A stretch of 64,000 bases of DNA, taken from positions 6,269-70,268 of IMG/VR virus record IMGVR_UViG_3300033407_000009. One strand, 5' to 3'. The position numbers were made by a program, and so were the translations under genes. The notes beneath the pieces were generated by a model, which saw only the letters and a list, made by a program, of their open reading frames with translations, made no database searches and was not told the origin of the DNA. Numbering within the stretch: the stretch's first letter is position 1; each line of letters begins with the position of its first letter. The stretch is from a virus. Taxonomy: Duplodnaviria > Caudoviricetes. Shown here piece by piece: positions 7,018 through 15,924 of the stretch.

Positions 7018-8154
7018 GTGAGCGATGGAATTGCAGTGCTCAAACTGAAGGTTACATCGTCGTCAGTCGACCTAGAGCCGGTCGCCGAGATGTGCCGCAA
7101 GGCTCGCAATATGGCTGTCATTGATTGGCTGCTGCGTCAGAAAGGAATGCCACCATCAGAGAGGCAGTCAAAGCGGCATATCAAGCGCAAAGACAAGGCA
7201 GCTGACGCCCCGACGTCTGAATCGAACAAGATTTATCACGCCATCCGGGACGCCGTACCAGCCTTGTCGGCAGACGTGGCATCATCGCTTTCTCAGGCGG
7301 TGAATAGCTATCTCGGCGGCAAGATGGACTGGCGCGAAGGCAAGAGCGAGGACGGCAAGAGGCCGCGCAGGAGAGATGCCATTGCGGAATTCAGGATGAG
7401 GGCTCCGTTCGCGACGGCCTTGGAAATTCCACTTGCCAACAAGAATGTCACGCTGGCATTCACCGACACGATGACCGTCAGGGTGCGGCGAGTGCTGACC
7501 GGCGAGCCGGATATCGAGTTGGTGTTGTCGACCCGGAACATGCCTGCTGGTATCAAGCTGCTAATCCGAGACGTGATCGACGGTCGGAAGAAGCTGGCCG
7601 ATTCGAAGCTGATCCTTCGCCAGGAAAGCTGGTACGTCCATCTGCCTATCTCATGCCCCGCTGTCCCACTTGATCCCGAGCGCGTGGCAACTCTATCGCC
7701 GATCCAGGGAGATGGCCGCTACGACCGACCGTTCCGTCTGAAGCTGCCCAACCAAAATCGCGAGATCGGAGACGGCTGGTACTTGAAGAGCCAGGCGGAG
7801 CGATTCGTGGGATTGCGAAAGCAGATTGGGTGGCGCTACCGGCAGCGCCAGGGAGCCGGACACGGCCGCAAGAAAGCGGACGCGGCAGTGCGTAAGCGCA
7901 TCAAGCAGTTTGCCGACATTGTGTCGGAGGTCAGGCGGCGCATGATCCGGGACATCGTGTCGTGGTGCGAGCGGCGGCAGTGCGGACTGCTGGTCTATCA
8001 CGAGCCGACGTTGCCCCTCAGGACGAAGTGCTGGTTTGCGGCGAATGGCGTGGATTGGGATTGGACTCGGTTTGTCGGCGACTTGGAAAACTCCTGCAAG
8101 CGAAATGGCATTCGGCTCGACAAGCGGCAGCTGAAGCTAAAGGACGTCGCATGA
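7018..8154 (+). CDS. cas12f: Cas12f/TnpB-family protein, predicted nuclease-dead and C-terminally truncated
   Basis: Collinear with Cas12f1 as recalled: KIYHAIR..LSADVASSLSQAV (REC), SWYVHL..LDPERVATLSP (RuvC-I GIDLG, Asp lost), GAGHGRKK (conserved GHGR), GLLVYHEPT (RuvC-II), WDWTRFVGDLENSCKRNGI. Ends before the Zn finger/RuvC-III. GTG start with AAGGAGG; adjacent CRISPR array. Confidence 0.8.
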   Translation: MSDGIAVLKLKVTSSSVDLEPVAEMCRKARNMAVIDWLLRQKGMPPSERQSKRHIKRKDKAADAPTSESNKIYHAIRDAVPALSADVASSLSQAVNSYLGGKMDWREGKSEDGKRPRRRDAIAEFRMRAPFATALEIPLANKNVTLAFTDTMTVRVRRVLTGEPDIELVLSTRNMPAGIKLLIRDVIDGRKKLADSKLILRQESWYVHLPISCPAVPLDPERVATLSPIQGDGRYDRPFRLKLPNQNREIGDGWYLKSQAERFVGLRKQIGWRYRQRQGAGHGRKKADAAVRKRIKQFADIVSEVRRRMIRDIVSWCERRQCGLLVYHEPTLPLRTKCWFAANGVDWDWTRFVGDLENSCKRNGIRLDKRQLKLKDVA

Positions 8155-8441
8155 AAGCGTTGCCGTGCGCGTGTTGCGCAAGGGAAGTGCGTATCCGGGA
8201 TCGGTCACGATTCTTACGGATGGTGCGCGAGCGACGCCAACCGCTGTGCGAGCAGTGCCGTCGCTACGTAAGAGGGGGGGTCGCTCGCATCGCGCAAGTC
8301 CCTGGAGAGCATGATGATCCGAAGTTGTTCCTGGTCAGGGGTCGTGGAAAACACGCACGCAAGAGGAAGGCTCTCGCAAGTCAGCCTCTGGCGCGTGTCT
8401 GCGCAACGGCTTGCGAGGCCGGAGTCGCAGTGGATGAGTGA
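8151..8441 (+). CDS. small zinc-ribbon protein translationally coupled to the Cas12f-like gene
   Basis: ATGA overlap; CACC...CEQC; stop codon lies inside CRISPR repeat 1. Confidence 0.5.
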   Translation: MKALPCACCAREVRIRDRSRFLRMVRERRQPLCEQCRRYVRGGVARIAQVPGEHDDPKLFLVRGRGKHARKRKALASQPLARVCATACEAGVAVDE

Positions 8442-8647
8442 AGGGTTTGGAACTGCGAGCCGGTCCCACCAGCGATACCGCCAGCCGCGGAATCGTCGCA
8501 GTGGATGAGTGAAGGGTTTGGAACTGCGAGCAAAGGTTGACTGCGATGCGAGAAATCATCTAGTCGCAGTGGATGAGTGAAGGGTTTGGAACTGCGAGCG
8601 CCTCGCAGGATGGCGCAGTGGATGAGTGAAGGGTTTGGAACTGCGAG
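8424..8647 (+). CRISPR. mini CRISPR array: 4 x 36-bp repeats GTCGCAGTGGATGAGTGAAGGGTTTGGAACTGCGAG, spacers of 35, 32 and 13 nt
   Basis: Repeats at 8424-8459, 8495-8530, 8563-8598 and 8612-8647 (last has T2G). Terminal inverted TCGCAGT/ACTGCGA. No cas1/cas2 in the window. Confidence 0.95.
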
Positions 8648-8723
8648 TACGAACTGTGCCCCCAGGTGGGAGTACGTATCCCGCCGAAGCTGGTGGCACG
8701 AGCACAAAAGGAGGCGATTTAAA

Positions 8724-9095
8724 ATGTCCCATGATCATCACAAGGCCGCCGTCAAACACATCCTTCGGCGCGTCGTGGAGTCTGGCGATTTCCGCTGGTA
8801 CATGTTGCATACCGAGAGTTTTTCGTTGTGCCTGGCGGCATATGCAGAGGATCTCGGCATCACGAAGGAAGAGGCGGAGAGGCAACTCGACGTAGCCATG
8901 TCGCGGTACGACCCTAGACAACCCCTCGTCGAAGAGCAGCGGCTACAGATTGAGCGTGCCTCCGAGGTGATATACGAGATGCGAGAGGGTGGCAAGCTCG
9001 ACGAGGAGACATGGAGTGATATCTACAACGCACTTCACAGCGAGCCACCGCCGAAGCTGGTGGCACGAGCGATTGCGAACGAGAAAGGACTCTGA
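8724..9095 (+). CDS. hypothetical protein flanked by a 23-bp direct repeat
   Basis: RBS AAGGAGG; CCGCCGAAGCTGGTGGCACGAGC at 8681-8703 and 9048-9070. Confidence 0.7.
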   Translation: MSHDHHKAAVKHILRRVVESGDFRWYMLHTESFSLCLAAYAEDLGITKEEAERQLDVAMSRYDPRQPLVEEQRLQIERASEVIYEMREGGKLDEETWSDIYNALHSEPPPKLVARAIANEKGL

Positions 9096-9098
9096 CCA

Positions 9099-9293
9099 AT
9101 GCCTATCGAGCAACACACCGTCTACGTCGACCTGCGATTTACCAAATCGTCCATCAAGATCCTCGAAGACTTTGCCATCGTCATTCGACTGCTCGTCGAT
9201 TTGCGCGAGGACATGCCGTGGCGAGCCGACGAGATCGACGAGGCGGGGGAAGCGATGAAGCGATTGGTGGAGCAGTTGCGAGCGGATGGGTGA
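9099..9293 (+). CDS. hypothetical protein
   Basis: In-operon ORF. Confidence 0.55.
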   Translation: MPIEQHTVYVDLRFTKSSIKILEDFAIVIRLLVDLREDMPWRADEIDEAGEAMKRLVEQLRADG

Positions 9294-9320
9294 GAAATAG
9301 AAACCACTAAGGAGGTAATC

Positions 9321-9512
9321 ATGCTCGTGCTCAGCAGACGACAGTATGAAGGCGTAACCATAGGCGAAGGCGATAGTGCGGTCCACGTCGAGGTTGTCGA
9401 GATCATGAGATACAAGGTGCGACTTGGATTCACTGGACCGGATGGCGTCCCCATCCATCGCGATGAAGTTGTGGAATATAGGCGACGGAAGGAGGGCGAC
9501 GATGCAACTTGA
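9321..9512 (+). CDS. csrA: CsrA/RsmA carbon storage regulator homolog
   Basis: MLVLSRR..EGVTIG...VEVVEI...KVRLGFTGPDGVPIHRDEV matches the CsrA consensus; RBS AAGGAGG. Confidence 0.92.
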   Translation: MLVLSRRQYEGVTIGEGDSAVHVEVVEIMRYKVRLGFTGPDGVPIHRDEVVEYRRRKEGDDAT

Positions 9513-9843
9513 AGCCGGGAAATACTACCGAACCCGCGACGGCAGGAAGGCGTTTGTGGGGTATGTCCAGACGGACATCGACAATCGCTCGTTCTTTGGT
9601 CACATCGTCATAGATCAGCACAAATACCAACCGCACTGCTGGTTCGAGAATGGTGGCGGAAGATCGCACCCCGACAGGTCCGACCTCGTCGAAGAGTGGC
9701 GCGAGCCGGTGACGCGGGAAGTTTTCTTGCTCAGGAGCCAATACAGCGGCGACACGGTTGTTGCCGGCCACGAGGGACAGCGCGGCTGGGAAGTCATCGC
9801 CAAGTTCACCATCACCGAGGGAGAGGGGATGACGGATGACTGA
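9502..9843 (+). CDS. hypothetical phage protein (GKYYRTRDGRKA motif family)
   Basis: Recurrent phage N-terminal motif; RBS GGAGG. Confidence 0.6.
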   Translation: MQLEAGKYYRTRDGRKAFVGYVQTDIDNRSFFGHIVIDQHKYQPHCWFENGGGRSHPDRSDLVEEWREPVTREVFLLRSQYSGDTVVAGHEGQRGWEVIAKFTITEGEGMTDD

Positions 9844-10497
9844 CACCCAATACACCATCGCCATCAACCGCATGACCCGCCGCGCCGAATCCGCCGAGCG
9901 CCGAGCCGAGCGATTGGAACGCGAGTTGGCAGCGACGCGAGAGGTGGCCGCCGAGCTGTATCGACTCTGCCGCGGAGCGTGGGTGATTACGGAGGCACGA
10001 AACGACAGGTAAATGCAGATGACCGAATCAGAACGCGACATAGTCCTGAATCGACTGGATGAATATCCGGCTGGTGTGCCGCCTGAGTCCTGGGGGTACG
10101 GCCCAATGGAGGACGCAGATCCTGCCGAATGCTCGCGAGAGGAGCTGCTCGAATACGGATGACCAGCAGTGTACCTAGCCCTCGGTCGAGTGGACGTTGG
10201 TGACGATTGGGATACGGCGATCAGTGACATTGCTGAGGCATGTCGCTGGAGCGTACCGGAATATCTGAATTCGCTCTTCCGTGATCCGAAGCGCGTGGCG
10301 GAAAGGTTGCGAGTGAGGTAATGCGAGCCACCAAAGAGAACTGCGAGCGTGCCGTGGGATGGCTGAAGGTGATCCAGAATCGCCTAGCCAATGAGGATGC
10401 GTATGGCCATCAGATAATCGAGGAAGTAGCCGAATTCCTCACCGCCGCGCATCGACAACTGCCATCCGAGGCGACATTCGAGAGCGGAGAGGAGTGA

Positions 10498-10761
10498 ATG
10501 ATGGGACGACTTCAGAAAAAGCTTGTGGCGAAAACAGGCAGCAAACTCAGCCAGCACATTGGCGACCAGCTGTTGAAGGCCAGACGCAAGAGAGATGTAA
10601 CCATGCGGCAGGTTGCTGACGGCGCAGGGCTTTCGCCCACATTTGTTTGCGACTTGGAAAACGGCAGAATGTCGCCTGGTGCAGAGACGCTGTGGCGGCT
10701 GAGCCAGTATTTTGAAGTGCCGATTGGGTATTGGTTCAAGGGGTACACGGGGAGCGAATGA
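10498..10761 (+). CDS. XRE-family HTH protein
   Basis: LLKARRKRDVTMRQVADGAGLSPTFVCDLENGRMSP. Confidence 0.9.
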   Translation: MMGRLQKKLVAKTGSKLSQHIGDQLLKARRKRDVTMRQVADGAGLSPTFVCDLENGRMSPGAETLWRLSQYFEVPIGYWFKGYTGSE

Positions 10762-11195
10762 ATTCGTGCAGCCGAACGAATCGGCGTAGACAGGAGAAAC
10801 AAATGGGTAGCCACTCGGATTTCGACCATTCGTTGGAGTCGCGGCGACGCGACTTCCTGAAGGAATTGGGACTGCGTGCGGAGTTGATGGCCGACTTGGG
10901 GATGAACGCAGAGCAGCGTGGCAAGCCTCTCGCGTCATGGACTCACGACGGGATGCGGTGCCAGCTGCTGCAAGACGACCGGCAAGGGATTCTGCGAATC
11001 AGCATTGGCGGTGGAGACGACCTGCCTGTTCTCGGCGACTACTGCAATTTTCGTGGTGACGTCGGGAAGTGCATTCGGCTACTGGAAAGAACGATTGACG
11101 CACTGCGGCATTGCCCAGAGCAAGCGTGAACCAAGAAGGCCCGCAGCCGATTTGCAAAGATCGAGTGAATCAAACCAGCCCGAAAGACGAGGGAA

Positions 11196-11666
11196 ATGAT
11201 GGCAACAACTGAACAATCTTTTGTAGATCACATTCTGGTTGGCCACGACGGACCGTGCCTTGTCTGCAGTGGACCTCGCAGTTACCGGGCGTGGACTGAC
11301 GTCAACGGCCAGTGCTACTGTCTGGCGTGCGGCTGTACCTACCAGATTCTCGGCTGCCACTTCAGACAGGAATTCCTAGACAAGCACGGAATCATGAAGG
11401 AGCGAGTGGCCAGGGAATACTGCGACTGCTTCGAGGGATTGGAAGTGTTCCGAGCGTACTGGAGCGAAGTGGGCAAAATGATGCCTTTGGGTTCATTCAT
11501 CGGACGCTCGCCGTATTTGGGCGACCAGCGTCAATCGTGGGGGCGGTGGCTGGCTGAGAACCGAGAACGATTTCGAGACAACGAATATTTCAACTGGGAC
11601 AGCATCATCGCGTGGCATGAAAAACAACGCCCCCATGACGGCCCGCAGCCGAACGAATCGGCGTGA
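11196..11666 (+). CDS. hypothetical Cys-rich protein
   Basis: CLVC...CLACGC; RBS GAGG. Confidence 0.6.
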   Translation: MMATTEQSFVDHILVGHDGPCLVCSGPRSYRAWTDVNGQCYCLACGCTYQILGCHFRQEFLDKHGIMKERVAREYCDCFEGLEVFRAYWSEVGKMMPLGSFIGRSPYLGDQRQSWGRWLAENRERFRDNEYFNWDSIIAWHEKQRPHDGPQPNESA

Positions 11667-11768
11667 TCGCGGGGAAGGATAACTGCCCGGCCGGCAGGGA
11701 GGCCGGCGTGGGTGGGGGAGATCGTAGTTCAAAATCGCGTGGCATGAAAAACAACAAGGGAGACACAC

Positions 11769-12056
11769 ATGAATCCGAAAGTAGTGGTGACAACGAAGCA
11801 CCGCGGAGTCTTTTTCGGCGAGCTGATCGAGAGAAACCGCACTGAGCACGGCACCGAAGTCGTGCTGGCAGACGCTCGTGTCTGCATCTACTGGACGCAG
11901 GAGACTTGCGGCTTTGTCGGCCTGGCGGCGACGGGGCCGTTGGATGGGTGCCGCATCAGTCGTGCTGCTCCGCGACTGGAGGTGCTCGACGTGACGTCGA
12001 TTCTGACTTGCAGCGAAGAGGCCATCGCAGTATGGGAGGCCAGCAAATGGAATTGA
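11769..12056 (+). CDS. conserved phage protein (DUF6948-like)
   Basis: VVVTT..RGVFFGEL...LADARVCIYW...GFVGLAATGP...SRI pattern, typically upstream of Gly-rich repeat genes. Confidence 0.6.
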   Translation: MNPKVVVTTKHRGVFFGELIERNRTEHGTEVVLADARVCIYWTQETCGFVGLAATGPLDGCRISRAAPRLEVLDVTSILTCSEEAIAVWEASKWN

Positions 12057-12739
12057 CCCAACGCATGCTGCAGCGTGCCTGGACGGCCGGTGCATGTCGC
12101 GAGGCTATTGCACAGCTGAAAGTCGGGCAGCCGCTCCCAGGCGTGCTGGCTGATTATCTCGGCTGGTGTAAGCACGCGATTCCGCCGACCGAAGTAGACG
12201 CAATAGCTCGCTCGCTGTCAAACGATCGTGTCGTGGAGCTGGATGGGATCCATCCATATGTGCTCGGCTCTCACGGCTACGGCGACGGCTCCGGCTCCGG
12301 CTACGGCTACGGCAACGGCTCCGGCTACGGCTCCGGCTACGGCTACGGCTCCGGCTACGGCTCCGGCTCCGGCTCCGGCTCCGGCTACGGCTACGGCTCC
12401 GGCTACGGCTACGGCTACGGCTACGGCTACGGCTCCGGCTCCGGCTCCGGCGACGGCTACGGCGACGGCTACGGCTCCGGCGACGGCTCCGGCTACGGCG
12501 ACGGCTACGGCTCCGGCTCCGGCTACGGCGACGGCTACGGCTCCGGCTCCGGCTACGGCTACGGCTACGGCTACGGCGACGGCTACGGCTCCGGCGACGG
12601 CTCCGGCTCCGGCTACGGCTACGGCTCCGGCTCCGGCTACGGCTACGGCAACGGCTACGGCTCCGGCTCCGGCTCCGGCTCCGGCTACGGCTACGGCGAT
12701 GGCTACTGCGAATCGGTTTTGGAGAAGGTTCTTGGCTGA
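12047..12739 (+). CDS. Gly/Tyr/Ser/Asp-rich low-complexity repeat protein
   Basis: Short N-terminal domain (AGACREAI) then ~145 aa of G-Y/G-S/G-D dipeptides. Confidence 0.8.
   Translation: MELTQRMLQRAWTAGACREAIAQLKVGQPLPGVLADYLGWCKHAIPPTEVDAIARSLSNDRVVELDGIHPYVLGSHGYGDGSGSGYGYGNGSGYGSGYGYGSGYGSGSGSGSGYGYGSGYGYGYGYGYGSGSGSGDGYGDGYGSGDGSGYGDGYGSGSGYGDGYGSGSGYGYGYGYGDGYGSGDGSGSGYGYGSGSGYGYGNGYGSGSGSGSGYGYGDGYCESVLEKVLG
12275..12708. repeat. hexamer-unit microsatellite (GGCTAC/GGCTCC/GGCGAC/GGCAAC)n
   Basis: Visible directly. Confidence 0.95.
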
Positions 12740-12773
12740 GGGGACACGAGTTTTCATTCGCTGGAGGACAACG

Positions 12774-13082
12774 ATGCGAACGATTTGGAAGTATGAGATT
12801 CCATTTCCTGTCGACCATTTCGAGCGCATCATGCCGATGCCGGGACGAGTCGTTCGGGTTGGCATGCAGAACGGCAGGCCGCATATGTGGTGCGAGGTCG
12901 ACGACAACACCGAATTAGCGGATCGGATTTTCCTCGTTCGCGGCACAGGACATCCGATACCAGACGACGCTTGCTGGTTGGGTACATGGAAAGACGGAGG
13001 GTTTGTGTGGCATCTGTTCGATGCGGCCAGGCCTTTTTGCCCATCGCACGAGGAGCGAATCACGCTATCGCGGAGGCAATGA
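12774..13082 (+). CDS. conserved phage hypothetical protein (MRTIWKY...VGMQNGRPHMWCEVD...GTGH family)
   Basis: RBS GGAGG; recurrent phage motif. Confidence 0.65.
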   Translation: MRTIWKYEIPFPVDHFERIMPMPGRVVRVGMQNGRPHMWCEVDDNTELADRIFLVRGTGHPIPDDACWLGTWKDGGFVWHLFDAARPFCPSHEERITLSRRQ

Positions 13083-13170
13083 CATGATCCGCGGGCGGAG
13101 CCGGCTGCCGATGCCGGCGACTAGGCGGGATAGACGCCCGGGCCGGTGAGAGGCCGGTATTTTAAAGAAC

Positions 13171-13671
13171 ATGAGGACAGCGATGCACATACCTGACGTA
13201 CACGATTACGACGGCGAGCCGCACCAGGAGAAGGTGCAAGAGTTTCTTTCGCAAGGCAGTCGCAAGAAGATCCAGGACGCGATTAAGGAAATCGTGTCTG
13301 AGGAATTCGACCGGCTGGAGGATTATGCCGGCGATCACATCACGCAAGTCGCGGCACATCGAGCCGAGCGATTCTTGGAGCGTGTTTTAAAAGGCGACGA
13401 AAACGCGGCGATGGCATTGCTCGGCGACAAAGATGGTGGGAGTAGGTATCGAGGGACGGGATGGGACGCCGAGAAACCATGGGCGCATCTCATTCACGGA
13501 GAGCTATTCACGACTGAGACAGTGAAACTTCGGAAACAGATCGTCGAAGCACACCCGGAGCTACTGCGATCAGAGCGAATCAAGGACTTGGAGTCGCAAG
13601 TGGAAGGACTGTCGCAGCAGGTGCGGGAGCTTGAGGGAGAGTTGGAGTATACCAAGGAGCGGCTGAGGTGA
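13171..13671 (+). CDS. hypothetical protein with coiled-coil C-terminus
   Basis: In-operon ORF. Confidence 0.6.
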   Translation: MRTAMHIPDVHDYDGEPHQEKVQEFLSQGSRKKIQDAIKEIVSEEFDRLEDYAGDHITQVAAHRAERFLERVLKGDENAAMALLGDKDGGSRYRGTGWDAEKPWAHLIHGELFTTETVKLRKQIVEAHPELLRSERIKDLESQVEGLSQQVRELEGELEYTKERLR

Positions 13672-14058
13672 ATGAATTCGTGCTGCTCAGCGTGCTCGAA
13701 TTCGACGAGGGCACGTGGTCCGCCCAGCCGCTTCACCGGGGCGATGCTCAGTCGTGCGAGGACGTCGCGCAGATGATTGGCGCCCTGTCGTATTCGGGCG
13801 GCAAGGCGGTTTCCCGAGGCTACCTGAAGGCGATAGACGCTGACACTTTCGACGAGATGCGAGAAGAACAGGAGTCTCGACGATGAATGAATTCCCCGGC
13901 GATAGAGAGCCAATCCCATGCACAATCCACGACACCCTGGTCGTCGATCTAGGTGAACCAGGAAGCCCAAAAGTCATCCACGTCGATCTATCCAAAGCCA
14001 TCCCCGCTCTGTTGGGAATGGCATTTTGCGAATCACTCGAGAATGAAGGATTTGAACA

Positions 14059-14811
14059 ATGATCATCTGGGACATCGAAACGGGACCATTGTCAGACGAA
14101 GCACTGAAGCTCATGCACGAGCCGCCGGAGCCGCCGCTGCATCCAGGCGAGTTTGATTCTGGCAGTGTTCGCGTCGGCAACTTGAAGGACCGGGCGAAGA
14201 TCGACGCGAAGATTGCGGAGGCGAAAGCGGCTCACGAACAGTCGGTTGCGTCCTATCAATCTCTCTGCCAGCGGACGGTGGACGAGGCGTGGCAGCTGTT
14301 CAAGGGGAATGCCGCGCTGGACGCATCCACTGGCCGAGTGCTGGCGATTGGGTATCACAATCCAGACTTGCCGGCCACGGCGATCGACGCCGCAGATAAA
14401 ATCAATAAGGAGGGCATGATAGAGCGGTTCTGGCAGAAGGCGGAAGCGCTTCGCCACCAGAGTCGGCCAATGGTCGGTCTGAACATCCACGACTTCGATC
14501 TGCCATTCCTGGTGCGGCGTTCCTGGCTGCTCGGTATTGAGGTTCCCGATTGGGTGATCCGCCAGGAGCGTTACTTCGATTCCGTCTTCGTCGATCTGCG
14601 GAAGCGCTGGCTGTGCGGCCAGTATGCGGCGAACACACGCAGTAGTTTCGCTCACCTGGCGAAGGCGTTTCAGACTGACGGCAAGCCGGACGGAGTCGAT
14701 GGCAGCCAGTTCTATGAGCTGTGGGAGACGGACAGAGAAGCGGCAATTGCATACCTGAAGAACGATGTTGAGCAGCCCGCCAAGTGGGCGCGGGCAATGG
14801 GGATTGTTTAG
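14059..14811 (+). CDS. 3'-5' exonuclease (DEDD, PolB-related)
   Basis: ExoI WDIETGP, ExoII GLNIHDFDLPFL, ExoIII YLKNDV. Confidence 0.85.
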   Translation: MIIWDIETGPLSDEALKLMHEPPEPPLHPGEFDSGSVRVGNLKDRAKIDAKIAEAKAAHEQSVASYQSLCQRTVDEAWQLFKGNAALDASTGRVLAIGYHNPDLPATAIDAADKINKEGMIERFWQKAEALRHQSRPMVGLNIHDFDLPFLVRRSWLLGIEVPDWVIRQERYFDSVFVDLRKRWLCGQYAANTRSSFAHLAKAFQTDGKPDGVDGSQFYELWETDREAAIAYLKNDVEQPAKWARAMGIV

Positions 14812-14826
14812 AGAAAGGCAATCGAA

Positions 14827-15924
14827 ATGAGTAACAATCGAGCACTGTCTGTTTATGAGCATGTCAAAGATCCACTGGACTTTGCAATGCGGTTCGGAAC
14901 GGAGATTGCGAAGTCACGGATGTTCGGCTGCGACAACGAGGCACAAGGTCGAGTCTTCGCTCTCGCCTGCCTGTGTGAGGGCGAGAATCCGATCAGCATC
15001 GCCCGCAAGAACAACATCATCGACGGCAACCTGACAATGAAGGCGGATGCAATGCTAGCCGAGTTCATGCGAATCGGCGGTAAGCATGAGATCGTTTCTC
15101 GAACCGCCGAATTGGCCAAGGTGAAGCTGACCATCGGCGATGAAACACACACTGAGTCACTCAGCTGGAAAGAGGCCCAGGAAGAGCCGTTCGTCTGGAT
15201 GAGCAACGGTAAGGACCTCAAGAAGAACTGGCGGACGCCGCGAGCACGGAAGCAAACGCTGTGGGCGCGTGTCATCTCGGAAGCCGTCAGGACGCTTCGG
15301 CCGGGAATTAACTCTGGCACCTACACGCCCGAAGAGATCGACGATTTCTCTGACGAGAAGCGGCAGGCAAAGGTTGTCGCGAATCACCAGCCAGTCGACG
15401 TCGAGCAGTTCACCAAGCAGGTTCAGCAACAGCAGGAAGCGGCACAGCAACCGGCGGATGTAGTGGATGCCGAGTTTGAGACGGTCAATGAATCCACTGC
15501 CGAACAGCGGGCCCAGATCCGCTCGCTACTCGATAGCTTAAACGCCGATGAGAATGCGATCGCTGCAATTCTCGCCAAGCGAAACGTCCAGGCGATTCAC
15601 CAGCTCAGCCACGAGCAGGCCAGCGAACTCGTCGAGGCATTGACCAACGCCCTGGCCGGCCAGTCGCGAATGCCAAAGGACGCCCACAGCACGGACGTCA
15701 CAGGCCCAGCGGACGAATCGATGATCGACGAAATCAAGTCGCTCCTGCAAGACCCGTCGCTCGTCGCGTTGGTGAAAGAGCACCTTGTTAAACACGGCAA
15801 GCAGAAGATTGCCGACCTATCCCTGGCCGACGCGAGACTCTTGAAGAACTGCCTTGAGATGGGATCGATGGAATCGTTCTTTGACAAGTCGCTCGAAGGA
15901 TCGTATCCGGCGGACCCTACGTAA
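14827..15924 (+). CDS. putative ssDNA-annealing recombinase (RecT-like, divergent)
   Basis: Follows an exonuclease; IAKSRMFG..N..QG...IIDGNLTMKADAM...W...P...LWARVISEAVRTLRPG...YTPEEI pattern. Confidence 0.6.
   Translation: MSNNRALSVYEHVKDPLDFAMRFGTEIAKSRMFGCDNEAQGRVFALACLCEGENPISIARKNNIIDGNLTMKADAMLAEFMRIGGKHEIVSRTAELAKVKLTIGDETHTESLSWKEAQEEPFVWMSNGKDLKKNWRTPRARKQTLWARVISEAVRTLRPGINSGTYTPEEIDDFSDEKRQAKVVANHQPVDVEQFTKQVQQQQEAAQQPADVVDAEFETVNESTAEQRAQIRSLLDSLNADENAIAAILAKRNVQAIHQLSHEQASELVEALTNALAGQSRMPKDAHSTDVTGPADESMIDEIKSLLQDPSLVALVKEHLVKHGKQKIADLSLADARLLKNCLEMGSMESFFDKSLEGSYPADPT

Noticed and set aside
7018-8154. Interpretation as an ordinary IS200/IS605 or IS607 TnpB transposon
   Set aside because: No adjacent tnpA or subterminal IS hairpins, the catalytic motifs are lost, and the gene is flanked by a repeat array and anti-repeat RNA. 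The serine recombinase is 4 kb away, on the other strand, and lacks an N-terminal HTH.
8460-8680. Self-targeting of array spacers within the phage
   Set aside because: By eye only 10-11-nt matches were found (e.g. near 41342 and 54709), which is chance level. A proper search is still needed.
12105-13082. Long Arg-Ser, Ala-Val and Ala-Thr repeat ORFs in other frames of the hexamer repeat
   Set aside because: By-products of a stop-free hexamer microsatellite. The Gly-rich frame has the RBS and a normal N-terminal domain.
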